The notes under the pieces are model-generated. The model had not been told where the DNA came from. It saw only the letters and a list, made by a program, of their open reading frames with translations, and made no database searches. This document shows, piece after piece, positions 27,655 to 62,308 of a stretch of DNA of 64,000 nucleotides. The position numbers and the translations under genes were made by a program. The stretch spans positions 12,648,001 to 12,712,000 of the forward strand of contig OZ249443.1 of assembly GCA_965235115.1 (NCBI GenBank), read 5' to 3'. This DNA comes from Laetmonice hystrix (Eukaryota). Positions within the stretch are counted from its first letter, which is position 1. The number at the start of each line of letters is the position of its first letter.

Positions 27655-28150
27655 CAATCACACTGACAGCTTGCCAATCACACTGACAGCTTGCCAATCA
27701 CACTGACAGGTTACCAATCACACTGACAGCTTGCCAATCACACTGACAGCTTGCTAATCACACTGACAGCTTGACAATCACACTGACAACTTGCTAATCA
27801 CACTGACAGTATGACAATCGCACTGGCAGCTTGCCAATCACATTGACAGTATGCCAATCACACTGACAGCTTGCCAATCACATTGACAGTATGCCAATCG
27901 CACTGGCAGCTTGCCAATCACACTGACAGCTTGCCAATCACACTGATAGCTTGCCAATCACACTGACAGCTTGCCAACCACATTGACAGTATGCCAATCG
28001 CACTGGCAGCTTGCCAATCACACTGACAGCTTGCCAACCACATTGACAGCATGCCAATCACACTGACAGCCACCCAATCATACTGATAGCTTGCCAATCA
28101 CACTGATAGCTTGCCAAACACACTGATGGCTTGTCAATCACACTGATAGC
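27655..28150. repeat. 20-bp minisatellite, ~25 copies
   Basis: CAATCACACTGACAGCTTGC. Confidence 0.97.
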
Positions 28151-31100
28151 CACTGATAGACAGCTTCACTCTTGTAGTACAATTTTCGGGAAATGGGAAT
28201 CTCTAAGGCATTTTTGAGGAAAAGTTTCTGCGGGATTTGGGTATGGTGAAAAACTTCAGGCGCGACGAGTGATGATAGTAAAGTAATGTATAACCTGACT
28301 TGGGGACCCAGTTGTTTAGTAGATAAAGAAACGAACGATATTTGATGTAATATGGATGTTATAAACCAATATGTGTGTGTTGAATAAGTTTAGGATGCGC
28401 TATAGGCCGACAAAATATAACATATAAGTCGTAATATATGCCTGTTTCAGTTAAATATGATCATAGACATTCGACAACAATAGCATGTAGCGCGCCTGAC
28501 TGTCGCTACTCTATGAAGTGTCACCCTTTCTGATAGCGACCAATAATTGTTCAACCTGATCTCCTTTCATGAAGTAAATGCCAGGCGACGAGATATGAAC
28601 TGGCAAGGCCCCAATAATACAAATCTCAATGAAGAGCTTGATGCTACCACATGCACCTATAGATGCGCATTAACACACATATATCTAACAAAAAACAATG
28701 AATCGATGTGACAAAGTAAAACTAAGTAAAACTCTGCACCTTTAAACGCTCTGCTTCCTTTGCTTGTTTCCGGTGCCGAAGACATTGGTCTTTGAGGTTG
28801 TCCCATCAGGCAGGCACTCTGTGATCTGCTATTAAAGGTGTCGTGCTGGGGAGAAAACAGCAGTATTAGGACACTCCCAGCGACGGCCAACTGACACGGC
28901 CATCAGGCTCAATCAATGGGCCGGCCACAATAGGGGATGGGAGAGGGGTGCCGGGTGGGGGATGACCCCCACAACCCACAATTAAACAGATCAATACCAC
29001 ATAGCGGCAGCCCTCACCATACCCAATCCTTCCCAACTCAACCTTACCTCACCGTGCTAACCTCTTGTAGTCCATTCATTCTTCCATGTTAACTAACAGT
29101 TCCATTCCTTAGGAAACTGCTCGGGGATTACCATTGGAATGTCTAAGTACAAATTTTCAAATCTCGCCAAAGCTCGTCGATGCTCCCCATCTCAAAATGA
29201 ATCATCTAGATAATATGTCAGATTAAAGTTAAATTCTTGGCATTCTTTCTATCAATCGATCCCCCCATTACCTTGCTTTTACACCTCCTCTGGCATTTGA
29301 TGGAGTAACCAGGCTTCTATGAATTATTCAATACACACAGGGAACACGTGTACAAGTTTAAACTCTGCAACCGTTACTGTACAATAGATATCTAATTTTG
29401 CTGTCACGACAGCACACATATTACGTGTGCTGTCGTGACAGCAAAAGTACCAATGTTGCTCAGACCTATGAGAAAAGAATATATGTTTTTATAAAGGTCT
29501 GCATTCTTCCCCTCGGCGCTCGATGACCAGTGGGGACCCTCATCTACCTGGATGCAGAAAGATTGTATCGTATAGATACGTTTCGTTATGTGGCATGTAC
29601 CAATGTCGCTGATGCCTGATGAGAAACGATTACCGTATGTACTTACCGGTGGCCACGCAGAACGAGGACGTTTGCACCATGTAAACACTGTGTTATACTC
29701 CACAGAGATGTAGGGCCTCCTAGGTTTAGTCCATGTCGTAGACCAGAATTCAGAGTAAAGATCTGAATTCGTACCAGTATAAAAACCTGTAATATCTGCA
29801 GTGTTTTCAGTATGCACCACCACATCTATCACAATGGTAAGTCTGGAGTCTGAGGACAAGATCTCATATACCAGTTTATACAGCTATCCTTACAAACCAC
29901 GGTGACCGTCAGTACAGAATTGTGTGGCCAGACGTCAAATAATTCTCATCAAACTATTCTCAGCAGTGTGAATTCAAATAAAAGGGATGCTACTGCATGG
30001 TGTGTTTGAAGGACCCGCCACTGTCCTTATATAATCATTTGTTCAAAGGATCCGACTATGCATTTATCTTTTACATGTGCCAAGGTATCTGTCGGCACCA
30101 GTGTCAGCAATTTGCAAGCCAATTTGCCTAAGACAAGTAGAATCTTTGGAGAGATTGGACAAGGGTCCAAAAGTGTGAAACTGTAAAAATATTGTGACAA
30201 CCGTCGGTGTAACAACAACGTGTTTTTTTTAGGTCACCGACACATAGCACTTTGAAGTCTTCATACTCGCACAAAACAAACCTTGCCTGATCAGAGAAAA
30301 TAAATGCGAACCAAAAACAAGCTTAAAAGCAAAGGGCCTATCTATCGCAGGGAGTGGATCGCTTCGGCACGCAACGATTCCGCCATCACTTTGCGGATAA
30401 AAAGATTTCATTGATCTGGGCAAGAAAGAAAGCTGTGATCAATAGAAGGATCCATTTACCATTGTCATCATCACCCAAAATTGTTCAAAGCATTTTATCC
30501 ATAACGGGGGCGTTTATTCTACCTACAACGACGCATGAATCCATCTATCTCCTTCTATTAAAACAGGCTACAAATACATGACACCTATCTTCAACGTCTT
30601 TTATCTATTATGCTTACGTGCTCTCCCCCCCCCCCCGATATATGTAAAGTCATGAGCATTATTAATCAGGCGCAGTACGTTTTGTTTTTCAATGCACCAT
30701 GAGCCATGAACCTAAACAATAATGGATACCCTACTATCCTCCGTGTGTGATTGTCTTGGGTGAGTTTCCATGGTAACAACTCCATACAATTAGGGGGAAT
30801 TCAGAATATATCTGCCCCTAACCCTAACACCCTTAACACCTAACCATAACACCTAACCCTAGCACCATTAACACCTAACTCTACAAGAATGCTACCATTA
30901 GGGCATGTTTTGTGCACTATCTAAGCTAACTCTCCGCCTTCTTACCTAACCAGATAACCGGGTGATAAGGAAACCTCTCCCGTTCCCCCATAAACTAAAC
31001 TGAGATGTTCAATTGTTGGCTACAAGACTTGCTCTGTCTGACGGTCGACATCTGTCATTGTGAACACGTTCCGTATGGCTGCTCATATTATGTACATGTA

Positions 31101-32491
31101 GGGTATAAGTAAAAAAAATCCGACCACTATATACCCTTGAAAAAGTAAAAAGAAAACGTCCTCCTTTACATTGTCGCATGGAACAGGGAAAGAATTTCAG
31201 GAAAGCTTCTCCATGAGGATACTGCTTGCTGGACAATATTAATGACAATGCGCTCTTATTAATCAACTTTCCAATCCGTAACGCGATACCTTAATTGTAG
31301 CCGACATGAACATGTTCCTTTCATCATTAATTCTTGAAAGACTTGAGGTGATCACCATCTCGGTTTCATATTAATTTCAACTATGACCTACAAAACTGAG
31401 CTGTCTTCCGGTAGGTGAGGGGACGTATGCTTTCGCTTCAGCCCATTAGGAAGATTAGGCGATCCGACATCCTGCAAGCCTATACCCAGCTTGCAACCCT
31501 AAACCCACCCGGCAACCCAAGCTTTCCACGGGCAAGCCGTGATACCCCACCCAACAGCCATCAATCAAGGGATAATAGACAGCTTCCATGCTAATTAATA
31601 AAACATGTTTCTCAGGTGGATCACTCGGCGCAACCGGGACTAAGTAGGTCGACTTACCGGGCGATCGGCAGGGATAGGGGGTTAGTAGTGGTCAGAATGA
31701 CCCCTCCCCCACCACGGCCCACCATCACCCCTGATCAACGTTAACTGACCAGCCACCCAGGCCCCGCTCAATCGGTCGCCAAACTCAAGGCTGTACCTCA
31801 ATCCTCCATGCTCTTCACAACCTTCTCACTGCCTGTACGTCTGTAAACAACCTGCTCCGTATTAAATCTACATTCATCTCCACCCGGAATGAATAAAAGA
31901 GCAGTTTCTCACGGCAAACTGACAGGTGTTTAACTTGGAAATGGAGCCATGGTGAGATTTGGCTGAGGAAAAGATAGACCGACTTCAGGTGGACTTCGCA
32001 CCATAACGTTTATCAGCTCTATGAACACCACCTGATCAATAAAGTTGAAAATGAGCTGTTTGAAATGGCAGAAAGTGAGTCTAGTATAATAGACGAAGTT
32101 ACAACGTCTTTCTTAGGGAGGGCACCCACCCCCACCCTATTTCAACAATTAGAAAAATACCCTAGCTCTATAAAAAAGCAGTTATAATTCCAAACAAATC
32201 CCATTGTGTCATGACAGAGCGCATGCCAAATGCCAAGGATTCATCGCCTCAGTCGGTCCCAAACCGATTCGTCATCACTGAAATCCTCTATACCCGCAGC
32301 TAATTCCAGATCATCTGCCCACCGCCATGTTTATCCCCACCCCCGTTAATCTTCTCATCATCCCAACTGGTTATTAAATCCAGAAAGTAGCAATTACCAT
32401 TGAGTAAACCAACATTTTGTTTCAAAAAGAGCTGCTCTGGGTTTCTCTCAGGACTTGATGTTTCTGTTTTCAGGTAGGCTACTGGAGTTCT

Positions 32492-32587
32492 GATTGTGAC
32501 CGGATTTGCGACCGGATTGTGCCAGGATTGTGACCAGATTGTGACCGGATATTGTGACCAGAGTTTGAACGGATTGTGACCAGATTC
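32492..32587. repeat. 11-12-bp tandem repeat (GATTGTGACCA/G)
   Basis: About 8 copies. Confidence 0.85.
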
Positions 32588-35500
32588 GCGAGGGAGTTAA
32601 AGGTTCAACCAGTACCGTATTAATATTGTGCCGGAAGTGGCTTCCATCCAAAAAACAACCGAGAATGACAACCCAGAGGGTCACAGCTGAGTCCCCAATT
32701 AACGGAAGATTAGGGCTATACAGAGCCATATACCAACCTGATGACTGCCGTGTCGCAGATTTTCAGATACGATTACGTGAGGGGGCTGAGAAAAATAGTA
32801 CATGTATCTTGATTCCATTGATACTACTATAGCCTACTTCTCGTAAAGGGGTCAAAAGACTACTCGGGGTCCAGGTCAGGGATGTGTGTTGAAGGGCCCA
32901 CGAGGGTTTAGATACCCTCACCCCTCCGAAGCTCAGGTGGTACGCTGAGGGAACCCTCATACCTGAGCGGTGTTGAGATTGACCCTGGGCAAAGTGGAAC
33001 CTTTGGGGCACTTTAAATACTGATTAATTGGTCAATTGCAAAGTGAAAATTGCTTGGGGCGGTCACCATTTGACCATGCAATGACTGTTGGCCTTGCCAA
33101 GTCACTTCTGGTCAGGAAAACCGCGTCCGCTGTTTTGCACTGGGTGGGCCCAACATTGGCCCGTTTTGGGCAGGGTCTTCCCCGGGGAACCATTGCCCCT
33201 TTTTGCCACCAGAGGGCGTGGTTGGCAGTGTGTCAGCTCCCGTATCCTCTAGACATTCGGTTCGCCTCGCTAATCTAAGGTTAATAGATATGAACCCAGC
33301 CACCACAGAAACATGCATATTCCTGTTTCCCCTGGGCTTTAAATGTAACACTTCTTTTTACGCTTTCAACTATAATTTCCCCCCTTGAAACACCGTCATG
33401 CTCAGAATTTTGATAAGCAGATAGCCAATGGGTTCACTGCGTAGAACAATGGCTGGGTAACCGCGAAGTCTGATTAATGTAAACCCCTTTAGCCCCTAGC
33501 CATGATAATTACATGTTAATCACCGCATGTCTAAATGTTATTTCCATTTTGAATTTTCCCTACCCCCGTGTTACACTTAGCTGTCACATTTCACGTTTAG
33601 ACTCTCGAGATAAAAGTCCTTACATTGGTCTATAAGCCATCTGTACGTTGAACATATTAAAGACGACTCTGGTGTAATGTAAATAGTTAAATCTGAAACG
33701 CAGGGTTAGAAAATAACACTCGTTTTTCAAATGTCATAGTTTCTGATCTGTGATCTGTTGTAGGAGTCCTAGTCAGGTTACGAAACTCGCACGGGGCTAG
33801 TATCCGTAGACAATTAATTTCTGTGAAAATTATGTTCTTTTCGCGAGTTTAAATAAAAATAATACTGTCTTCCACGTACAGCTTCAAGACTCGGTGAATT
33901 CATGATCACAACGTAGCCCCCCAATATTGCATATCCATAACTATTTTGATCATGACAGTTAAGTTCTAATTGACGAGGCTATACCTGATAGAAACCAGTA
34001 TTATTAGAAACACTATTACAAGATCAGTAACTTTGACCAAACCAGTCACATTGTCAGTCAGAGCCTTCACACATCTCACAAGAGGTATCTAAAACACATT
34101 CTAGAATACACCACCTCTAATATTCATCATTTTTCTCCTTTGCTGACAACGTACTCCAAGAAAACGACTCTCCTTGATGTCGACTACGAGTTGCGTATAA
34201 CACGTTGTCATGACAATATGGAAGGGCTTAATTAGAACAGCCTCATGCAAACTGATGATCAGTATTCTGGGGAAGATGACAATGAAAATTAATTGTCATT
34301 GTGAGGTTTTGCTTAAATTCGCTGAAATTCAACACCAATATTACACAACGATGATAGCCGAGTCAGCCTGGCTTTGATTGGAACCTTCATCCAGGGAGTT
34401 TGGCTCTCCCTTGCCGTAATGGTATCGATGGCTTGCCTGTCAATTGCTGCTGAATCAACAACACTCTCATTTTTGGCTGAATGGTCTCGTCATGGTTTAG
34501 TAGGGGGAGGGGGAGGGGGAGCAACAATTTCAATGACAATTTTACAACATTTTTCTAATATAGTGTGCTGGCCTCCTCTGTCGGATCCCTCCTTCTGTTC
34601 CTTTTTCAGCTTTCTTTGCCGTCATTCCTGTTCTGTTGGCTTTCCCATCATGGTCCCAAATATGAAATCGTAACACGGTCAACTGTGAAAGGGTCACATA
34701 TTTAGGCCTGGGCCATATCCCGGCAAGTTTAAATTCCTTTCGTCATACCCTGCCTTTTAAAACAAAAAGTCTTGATCCAAGTACAACTGCAAAAGCATGA
34801 ACAATAACGTGGTGTGTGTCTAATTAGAACTGCATCAGTTCCCAGACGTGCCAGGAAAGAAACCGGTAACGTTATGGGAAATTGCAGAATTTTCACCGGA
34901 GAAATATTCTTATAATTACTTTAAGGCGCCTTCTGATCTAGATACGATTCAATGGCACTGTGCCTTTTGTACTCCAGATGAGGAGAGGTAGGGTATATCA
35001 CAATACATTGGGCATATAGACAACAAATATGGTCAATTTAACACGTTAGGCAGAGGCCTGCAGAGGCCTATACGTCCTTTTGGATATGCTAACATTAGCG
35101 CCCATAATAAGTTTACATTCAACAACAAACATCGGGCGACAGTTTAATATCTAATTGACTAACGACGTGAGTTTTGTCCATACGGCCAGTCAACCACAAT
35201 CAGCTCACGGCAAGAACCCACGGATCACACACTTGGTAGACTTACCTCTTGACAATGTCTTGTTTCCTCTTCACAGAGCTGCTTGTCATGTCGATTCTCT
35301 TTAACTGGATGGCACGCCAAGTGGGTAACTAGTGAAACTCTCCTTCATAGCGGTAAGACGCTGGGGTATGTGGGGTTTTTTTCGTTAAAAAAAACTTGTT
35401 TGCCAAGTTGACCCAAAAAAATAGTTTGCTGCCAAATGTGTGTGAGAAAAAGTTGACAGCATGCAGATTTATAAAAAAAAAAAAAATCTGCCCGAAACTG

Positions 35501-38500
35501 CAAAAAAAAAAAATAAAAGAAGATAAAAAAAAATCCTCGCTCCGCTCGGTCAAGAGTTTTATTTAGGAATACTATATACTGACACTTGAATAAACATGGA
35601 AAACAAAGTACAATTTACTAGTCTTGCTACCTTGGCGTACATGTACAATACCCCAAACAATACCGATTGAAACATAATATCAATATTGATCAATCTGAAC
35701 AATATGACATGCAATTGGATACTAGTAGTATGTATAACTTGATCAATGGTTATATGTAGACATTCGCTTGCACGACTGCAAGATATTTGATAGCCCACAA
35801 ATCTGTGAAGAACTTCCAATTTGTTATAGAATCTATTATAAAAGCACTGCATGGTTCAAAACTGAGTACAGTACAAACATATATTTAGATCTAGGAACAG
35901 GAGATTTTCTTCAACCTCTGTAGAACAGGAATTTACGGGATAGGCCTAATATAGGCCTAATGTTTTCTCCAAAATTATGTCCTGGAGAAAAGTTTGTCCC
36001 TGCCACCTGGGGGGAAAAATTGTTTGCATTTGATCAGGGAGAAAAACAAGTTTTTTGTTGGAAGTAAAAAAAGGGTCAGAAAGAAGAACCATACCCCCCC
36101 CCCCCCCCAACCCAGCTATTAAATGGTCTGCCCCTAAATAAGTACTAAAACTAGAAAAAAAACACATGCCCCTAAATTTTTATGTAGGCCCTATTTTTAG
36201 ATCAGCATCTGTAGATAGCCGCCGGTAGTGCGCAACCCCCTCTGGATTGAGGGTTTTTCTTCGACCTTGGTCCCATCCATCTCCGCAACGCTCTAGAGAG
36301 GAGCTACGGTTTTAAAAAAGCATAGATCTAAACTTGGAAAAAAGTACAACACGTTGTCTTGGAAAGGGACGATTAACTCAGCATAAACCAACGTTCGACA
36401 TCGTCATTGGTTTACCCAATGTTACACCAGGTAGCGCGTCGATCTGTGAGACTGTGGTAGTTTGTGCCTTGTGCTGCCATCTTCCGTTAACCATCCGAGA
36501 TTCCGATAGGCCTGTAGACGTCATGCCAGGGAGGATCCTCCTACCGTCTGGCAATCGGCTAGTCTAGCCTACTAGGGGCACAATTATTTCTGCCCAAGAC
36601 TTATGCCTAGCCTTATGCCTGATGTTTTCCGCTGACCAGTAGGCCTACAGGACTATTAATAGACCAGTCATATCCACCACCATTAAAACCGTCATGATCC
36701 CACGCGCATCTCGTCCCACACAATCACCTCCAGACCACGAGTCCGACAGTAGGCCCTATCCTAATAAAACTAAAGGGGCCTAGCCCTAGGCCTACGGGGT
36801 GTGACCGTTAGGCCGACAGCCCATTCGTTCGACAGCCCAATCCCCTATGGGTTATAGTCAAGGTTAGGTTTAGGGTTAGTTATATTTTGGTTTAGGCCAA
36901 AGTGAGCTGTCGACTATTGCCGTAGCCGGCGTACAGGCCTAGCCTATATTGGGCTGTCGGACTAACGTCGACAGGTGCTAGCCTAGGTAAAATACGACAT
37001 AGGGCTATAGGATTGATCAATGGTGACTTTCTGAATACGTCGCTATACTAGGTGTAGGCCTACCTTAGAGATCGATGAGATAAGCGACAACAAAGGCCAT
37101 GTAGGCTACTGTTGACACTACGGTCAACAACTTGATGCGGACACTCCACCATTCCTGGTGCGTTTGTAAAACTGGAGGTCTGCAGTCTGCAGCATGTGGT
37201 TAAGGTATCACAAGCCAATATCAGCAAATTGTGGGTCGGACCTATTTTATTGATGACAGTATGCCTAATTGTTGAAGCTGTTTTACGCGGAGATTTAATT
37301 TGTTGCGTTAATTATTATTGTTTACATTCTTAGTCATTCTAACGGTTTCTAACGGATTTCCACAATATTCTCCACCTATCTTTGCTCGAACCAACCCGGT
37401 CTGCGTTCAGCGATGGTTTTCTTGCGTTTTGGCCACCACATGTTTCTTACGTGAGTGTCGGCTGCCGGTCGCACACCACCAAGAAGACGGCGTCCCACTA
37501 GCCTACAAATAGCATAGGCCTATACATCATGTCACCTTTGTCAGTTTGTGACTCACTCTGTGTTATTGCTGCTGGGCAAAACAAAGCCCAGCTACAACTT
37601 TTCCCTCTCACTGGCAAAAATGATGCGGAGCGAAGTGGTTTTCTCCGTAAGAATCATTAATGCGTAGATCTAAGCGTGGAGCCTATGGGGCGATATTGGT
37701 CGAAAGGCTGCAGGCAGTGGCATAGATCATCTATGGGTGTGCTTGGCGTGAGGCGTAGAGAGGTCTACTTCATGGCGGAAAGTCTGACCTTCACAGAACG
37801 CTATCGGTGCATGCTACGTGACGTGATTTGTGATGCGAGTCATCAAAGGGCTGTACATAGTGAGAAGGCGTTATAAGATTGGGGCATTCATCAGTGAACC
37901 AAATGGGCAATTCAAACGGCAAATTCATTTGATGCCTCAACGTCTTGGGAAAATCAGGTTTTTGGTTAAGGTATAGGCCCCTATATCTAGGCGAAGGGGC
38001 CTACTAGGCCTAGTAGGCCTAAGCCTACTAGGTCTAGACCACTATCCTGTCCTGGGCAGTAACAAAACAAGCAGGTGGAGTAGGCTTATAGTGCCTACTA
38101 ACAATATGAGCGGTTCGATTGTCATATAGGCCTACAGACTATTACTGGTCCATTTCTGGCGCACCTGAGCCTTACCTGACACATTAAACGTGAACGTATA
38201 AGAAGTAATGACAGTTCACACGGTAGACGCACAGACTCCGCACGCCAGCCCCTCTTTATATAAGTCCACCCTTTGGGCATAACGAGCAAGTAGTGCACGG
38301 AATTGGGAATTGGGTGCAGGTAGGATCCGCAGTCAGTTCGAGCCGTTATACGCCTAATGTCATTCTGAAATATGAACCTGGTCGCACAGAAGCACTGACA
38401 CAATCATTAATGATATGGCATGACCCTCGGATCAGTTTGAAAGTCGTCACAGAGAGATAATGATGGCTCGTACAGCGCCTCTTGCGTGACCACAGCCCAT

Positions 38501-38761
38501 AGAGAAATGGCATCAGCTCTGCGCTAAAGGTCTAAGCTAAACACTCGCCTTATCCAGTAATCACCCTTCAAGCAACGGATAGCACAGACAATGTGGAAAT
38601 GATCTACACAGCCCATGAAAGGCACGCTCTAATTTAACCTTTGGCACTTTTCACGCCCAGCAAAGCCGAAGTGAAAAATGTTGATGCAGAATTTGTAAAT
38701 CGCTTGGATATGAATACTGCATTTTATCGCAGAAAGACGATCCCAACAGGAGAATTCAGTA

Positions 38762-39013
38762 CAGGTGCGGATCTAGGATTTTGTCAAGGGGGATGGCTAG
38801 GAGCCTTGGAGAGGTCAAGCGCCGAAGGCGCGAAGCCTTGCTAGGAGGGTCCGGGACTGCCCGAATTATTTTTTAATTTAAAGTGCAATTTGGTGACTTT
38901 GGTGCATTTTAGAGCAAAAAAAGCTGTGGGCCTATTAAATAAAATGTCAAAAGTGACCAGCAAAAGAAAAGGCCCGGGGGGCCACCCTATTCACCCCCCT
39001 GGGTCCGCCCCTG
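38762..39013. mobile_element. Short non-autonomous DNA element (CAGG-terminal TIRs, hAT-like)
   Basis: CAGGTGCGGATCTAGG ... CCTGGGTCCGCCCCTG imperfect TIR; 8-bp flanks match 5/8. Confidence 0.55.
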
Positions 39014-40119
39014 ATACACGACTTTAATTTGTCCTTAGCCGAGCATGTGATAGGTTTTGCCGAACCTGCCAGTTCTGATCAATACGGGGCATGCACGGGC
39101 TTCATGCGACAGTATGCGATCGTGATTTGACAAGTTGTACGGTGCCGGGGGTGTATTCCATGGCCTTGTGATACGATTGTCTGGAATAAATGCATGTCGA
39201 ATGGCATGCCCATACTTTCGCTAAGATTGCGTGAGAAGTCCCTTTGCAAGCCGAGTAACTTCCTGCCTGAAATCAGTGGCTTTTGTGATAGCTATAAAAC
39301 CCGTAAACGCTGGCTCCCCCTGCATGTGCATGGACCGTTGGTCTATAAGAATGTCTAAATTGAGACGGCTTTCCAAGTATAATGATTTAGGTAGCCAATG
39401 TTTAAAATGTAGGCTACTATGTTGTGTCATAACCACAATCTAGCTCAAGATTTAGTCACCCCAAGTGTGCTTGTAGTGCGTTGGGACATTCGCAGCAAGA
39501 CGCGCTTACACGTTCTGGTCGACCGTCAAAGACTCATATATTTTCCATTCTTTTTTTGTTGTCTTTGGAAGCCAGCAATCGTAAACCAAAAACCGTCCGT
39601 GGTTCGTGCCGTTACCGCTAGAGGTCAGCCCATACGATAACCGTCAGGGGCGCTATTGTTTGTGTTGTCCCTGGCACCCGGAGAACACCGTCATGTTTAA
39701 AGCCAGTAACTCGCTTCTCTCAGAACCACGCTGATAATGTCTAACTCTGATGAGAGCATTTTGTGCTAAAACAAAATCCTGACTGGTATTTATTTTCATA
39801 ATTTCGTGATAAACTAATGACCTGAGACTGACAGATTTCAAAGTGACCAGAGGCAGGGAAAAGTTGGTGCCCCTATTTCCAGAGCCACCCCCCCCTCGCC
39901 CAAATTCCTGGACCGGCCTCTTATATATATTTTGTCTATAATATGCCCCTACTGACATGTTCTCTACTCCGAAAATGACGAAAGGATAATGAAAAACCTC
40001 CAAATCTAGCCTGTGCCAGAGTAAAACTACTGGACACACCTGATCAGACTGTCGCTGAATGCGGAGCAGTATTCAAATAAACCACATGAAATTGTAAATT
40101 GATGCATACATTTCCTACT

Positions 40120-40125
40120 TTTATT
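40120..40125 (-). promoter_or_regulatory. Polyadenylation signal AATAAA
   Basis: TTTATT on + strand ~340 nt past the stop; position conserved in the paralog 3' UTR (63690-63695). Confidence 0.65.
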
Positions 40126-40465
40126 GCACAAACTATTCACAGCGTTTCCTATCCTGATTAGAGATCACACACATAGAAACGATTAATATCTTTAAAATCA
40201 TTCATCATGAAGTAAAATCACGTTAGTATACAATGTACTAAGGTTTAGATTTCTCAACTGCAGCCCAGGGCCAAGTTCTTAAATGCTATAGTCCTTGCTT
40301 TAGCCTAAGATAAACGCTTCGGATTGGCTTAATTTGTTAAACCTTTGTTCTAGATTTGCTGGGCTTTGTTTTAGATTTGTTAGACCTAAGCTTTAGCAAG
40401 TTCCATTGACTTCAAGACCTGGACTCTGGTGTCCTGTGGGAGTTTAGCAAGTTACTGGTAGTGGT

Positions 40466-59723
<19,258 letters not shown>

Positions 59724-59777
59724 CGCCGCTCCACTGTGTCACCCTCCGTCGGTTGGGATCAACTGGCAGCGGGACAC

Positions 59778-59785
59778 CTTATATA
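59778..59785 (-). promoter_or_regulatory. TATA box (TATATAAG) with adjacent GC-rich element
   Basis: GGCGGGGCCCGTATATAAG on the minus strand, 55 nt before the ATG. Confidence 0.7.
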
Positions 59786-62308
59786 CGGGCCCCGCCATGA
59801 CGCCGGCGAATGATCAAACGGCGTCTTGACGCAGGTACGTCCTCTTCAGATCAAGCAGGACAGAGGAGTCAAGAGGCCAGGTGCCTGTCACAAAGACAAA
59901 AAACACTGACATGCCGATAACCCGACGGCCGGTCTGCTGTGAAAGAGAGAGAGAAAGACATAATGGGAGGGTGCGCTGGGCGGTGTCTAGAAAAGGAAAA
60001 GTTGTGAGCTCTTTCAAACTCCTTTTAAGTATATAAAACAATGGCAGTGGTGGCGGCGTTTTCATCAACCCACTCAGGAAGGGGGCAGGGGATTCGGTAC
60101 GATTCTTTTCACCAGAGGTAGCCGGGTTATATGTGGATATTGCCAGAGAAGCCATTTTCATGTCACCATCACCCCCCCCCCTCACCCCCCCCCCACACAC
60201 ACACACACTGTTTGCCATAGTTCCACGATCCCATGTGCTGTTCGTTCTTATAGACAATTACTGCATGATGTCAAACACAGTTGATAACATTTTTATTATC
60301 TATAATAAATATGTCAGCCAATCCTCCTAGATTCCATAGATTTTGGAATGGAGAAATGTTCTAGTTGTTTTGCTGAAAGGTCAGTAGGTTTTTTTTACTG
60401 GTTTCTCCGTCAGTAACACTACACCTCCAATAACCCCCCCCCCCCCCTCCCCCTCAGTATCGATATAAAGCCTTGGCGAGGGTGTGTATCCCACTCCAAA
60501 TTGAATATACAGCTCAGTCCTCTACGTCATTGCTCCTTTCGCTTATCAGTCAGAAATATAAACACCATCATCGTCTTGGTGATCGTATCGATTTACTTCA
60601 TTGAGCTTGCTGTTAGATCACTCTCTAAACTACAGAACAAATTAAAAAAGTAAATAAGTTTTTGAAATATGGCCACTTCTAACCCGGAGTGACGAGGTGC
60701 ACTGGACGAATTAAGTTCGTCCTTTGATAGCAAAGCTTCAAGTTACTCATAATGACTTAGCTATACACGTAGTTTGTCCATTTTGCTTCAAATAGAGTGA
60801 TCGTTAGGTCATTCTTACCAACAAAATTGTAAAATAATCGAGAGGGGTTCCAAGAATTACGCGTGTAGTTGTTCAACTGTAGCTTGTACTTTGCAGGAAA
60901 TGTTGCCTGCAATTGGAAAACTGATGTGTTATGCTTCTAAAAATTTTCTTGGAAGTTTAATCGTACTGTTTCGGCAAAGCGCTTCAAAATAATTATGACA
61001 CTTAAGAATATCTGGAAAAGTATTGTAGGCCTAGCTACACTAAAAGGAGCACAATAGAATGTAGGATCTTGAATTATTTTATAATGGCCATGATGAGGAC
61101 AAACATGGCCATGATGAGGACAAACATTAATATACCTGGAAATCCGCAATGTGCATTACCCATTGCACATCGCGCTCGCGTTACTTGCACATGGGTTTTC
61201 AACTGCAGGGGTAGACGCTTACCATATACATTGGGAAAGACCAATAAGCCCTACTGACATGGATTGTTCAGTATAATGTATAAAATGGGGAAAAGAGCTC
61301 ATATAATGTACAAAATGGAAAAAAGAGCTAAGTTAACGATGATTGAAGGTGCGATTCTCCATTTTAAAATCTACTAGAGAACGGAACTGGCACTCCGACT
61401 GGTTTCCGTGACCCGACACACGTTAAACGGTTTGAATGGTGTATTTTCATACCCGATACGTTATACACATGTATCTATACAGAATATGTTGTCTATCCAT
61501 TAATTTTAATAAATATTGTAGAGGAATATATACTCAATGTTTCAAAGGAACTCGCATACATTTAGGCCTAATTCGTCCTTTTTTGACGATCATTTCGACT
61601 TGATTTAAATTTTATTACCCCAATATTCAACAGAAAAATATTTTGTGCACGTAAATCGCACAATAAAGCAGCAGAATACATTATAGGTCTCTAAGTTCTC
61701 GAACCAGTGATAGTAGTAATATTTGCCCAAGACCAACCATTGAGATTTCAGGCGAGAGTCTTGAAGACTTGTATGTATGATCCTGCAGGCATAGATCGAT
61801 ACGTTGGTACAGGTTATAATTTACTACCTTGGTTCATTGATAATGCACAGTATCATGTTGACCGATACTTCTAACACATCTTCTTAACCGTTTTTATGAC
61901 ACTCAAATGACATCGACTTGCGGTTGATTTAGTAGTAGGCCCACAAGTACACAAAACATAACACTACAAATGACAGGTACACGTAGATATCAATCACGTT
62001 ATCAACCAAGGATCAATAATAGTGGAATCAACACACATTGTGGTTTGTCTCGTATGATGTTGCCTCTATTTGCTATAACAACCCTACTTTAAGAGCAAAA
62101 ATATACTTATTGAAAGAGCCGCAAACGTTTCGCTGCGTTTGCTTCTTCGATTTACAAACCGGGTTCCGAGCTGAAAACTTATTCGTAAGTATTCGTAATC
62201 TGGCTTGGTGCAACGTGATGTCGCTTGTAGCACTGGGAATATGTTTTTTAAAGAATCGATCTCGGGGTTACAGCGATCGTTCTGTTGCATGTGTTTTTCT
62301 CAATACGA

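Noticed and set aside
29404-29859. 151-aa minus-strand ORF
   Set aside because: Non-ATG start, no recognisable motif or splice context; cannot be supported without a search.
30818-30880. Telomere-like TAACCC/TAACAC run
   Set aside because: Short and degenerate; not a real interstitial telomere array.
31615-31629. GGTGGATCACTCGGC, identical to a stretch near the 5.8S rRNA 5' end
   Set aside because: Only 15 nt and the flanks do not continue the rRNA sequence; chance or a tiny fragment.
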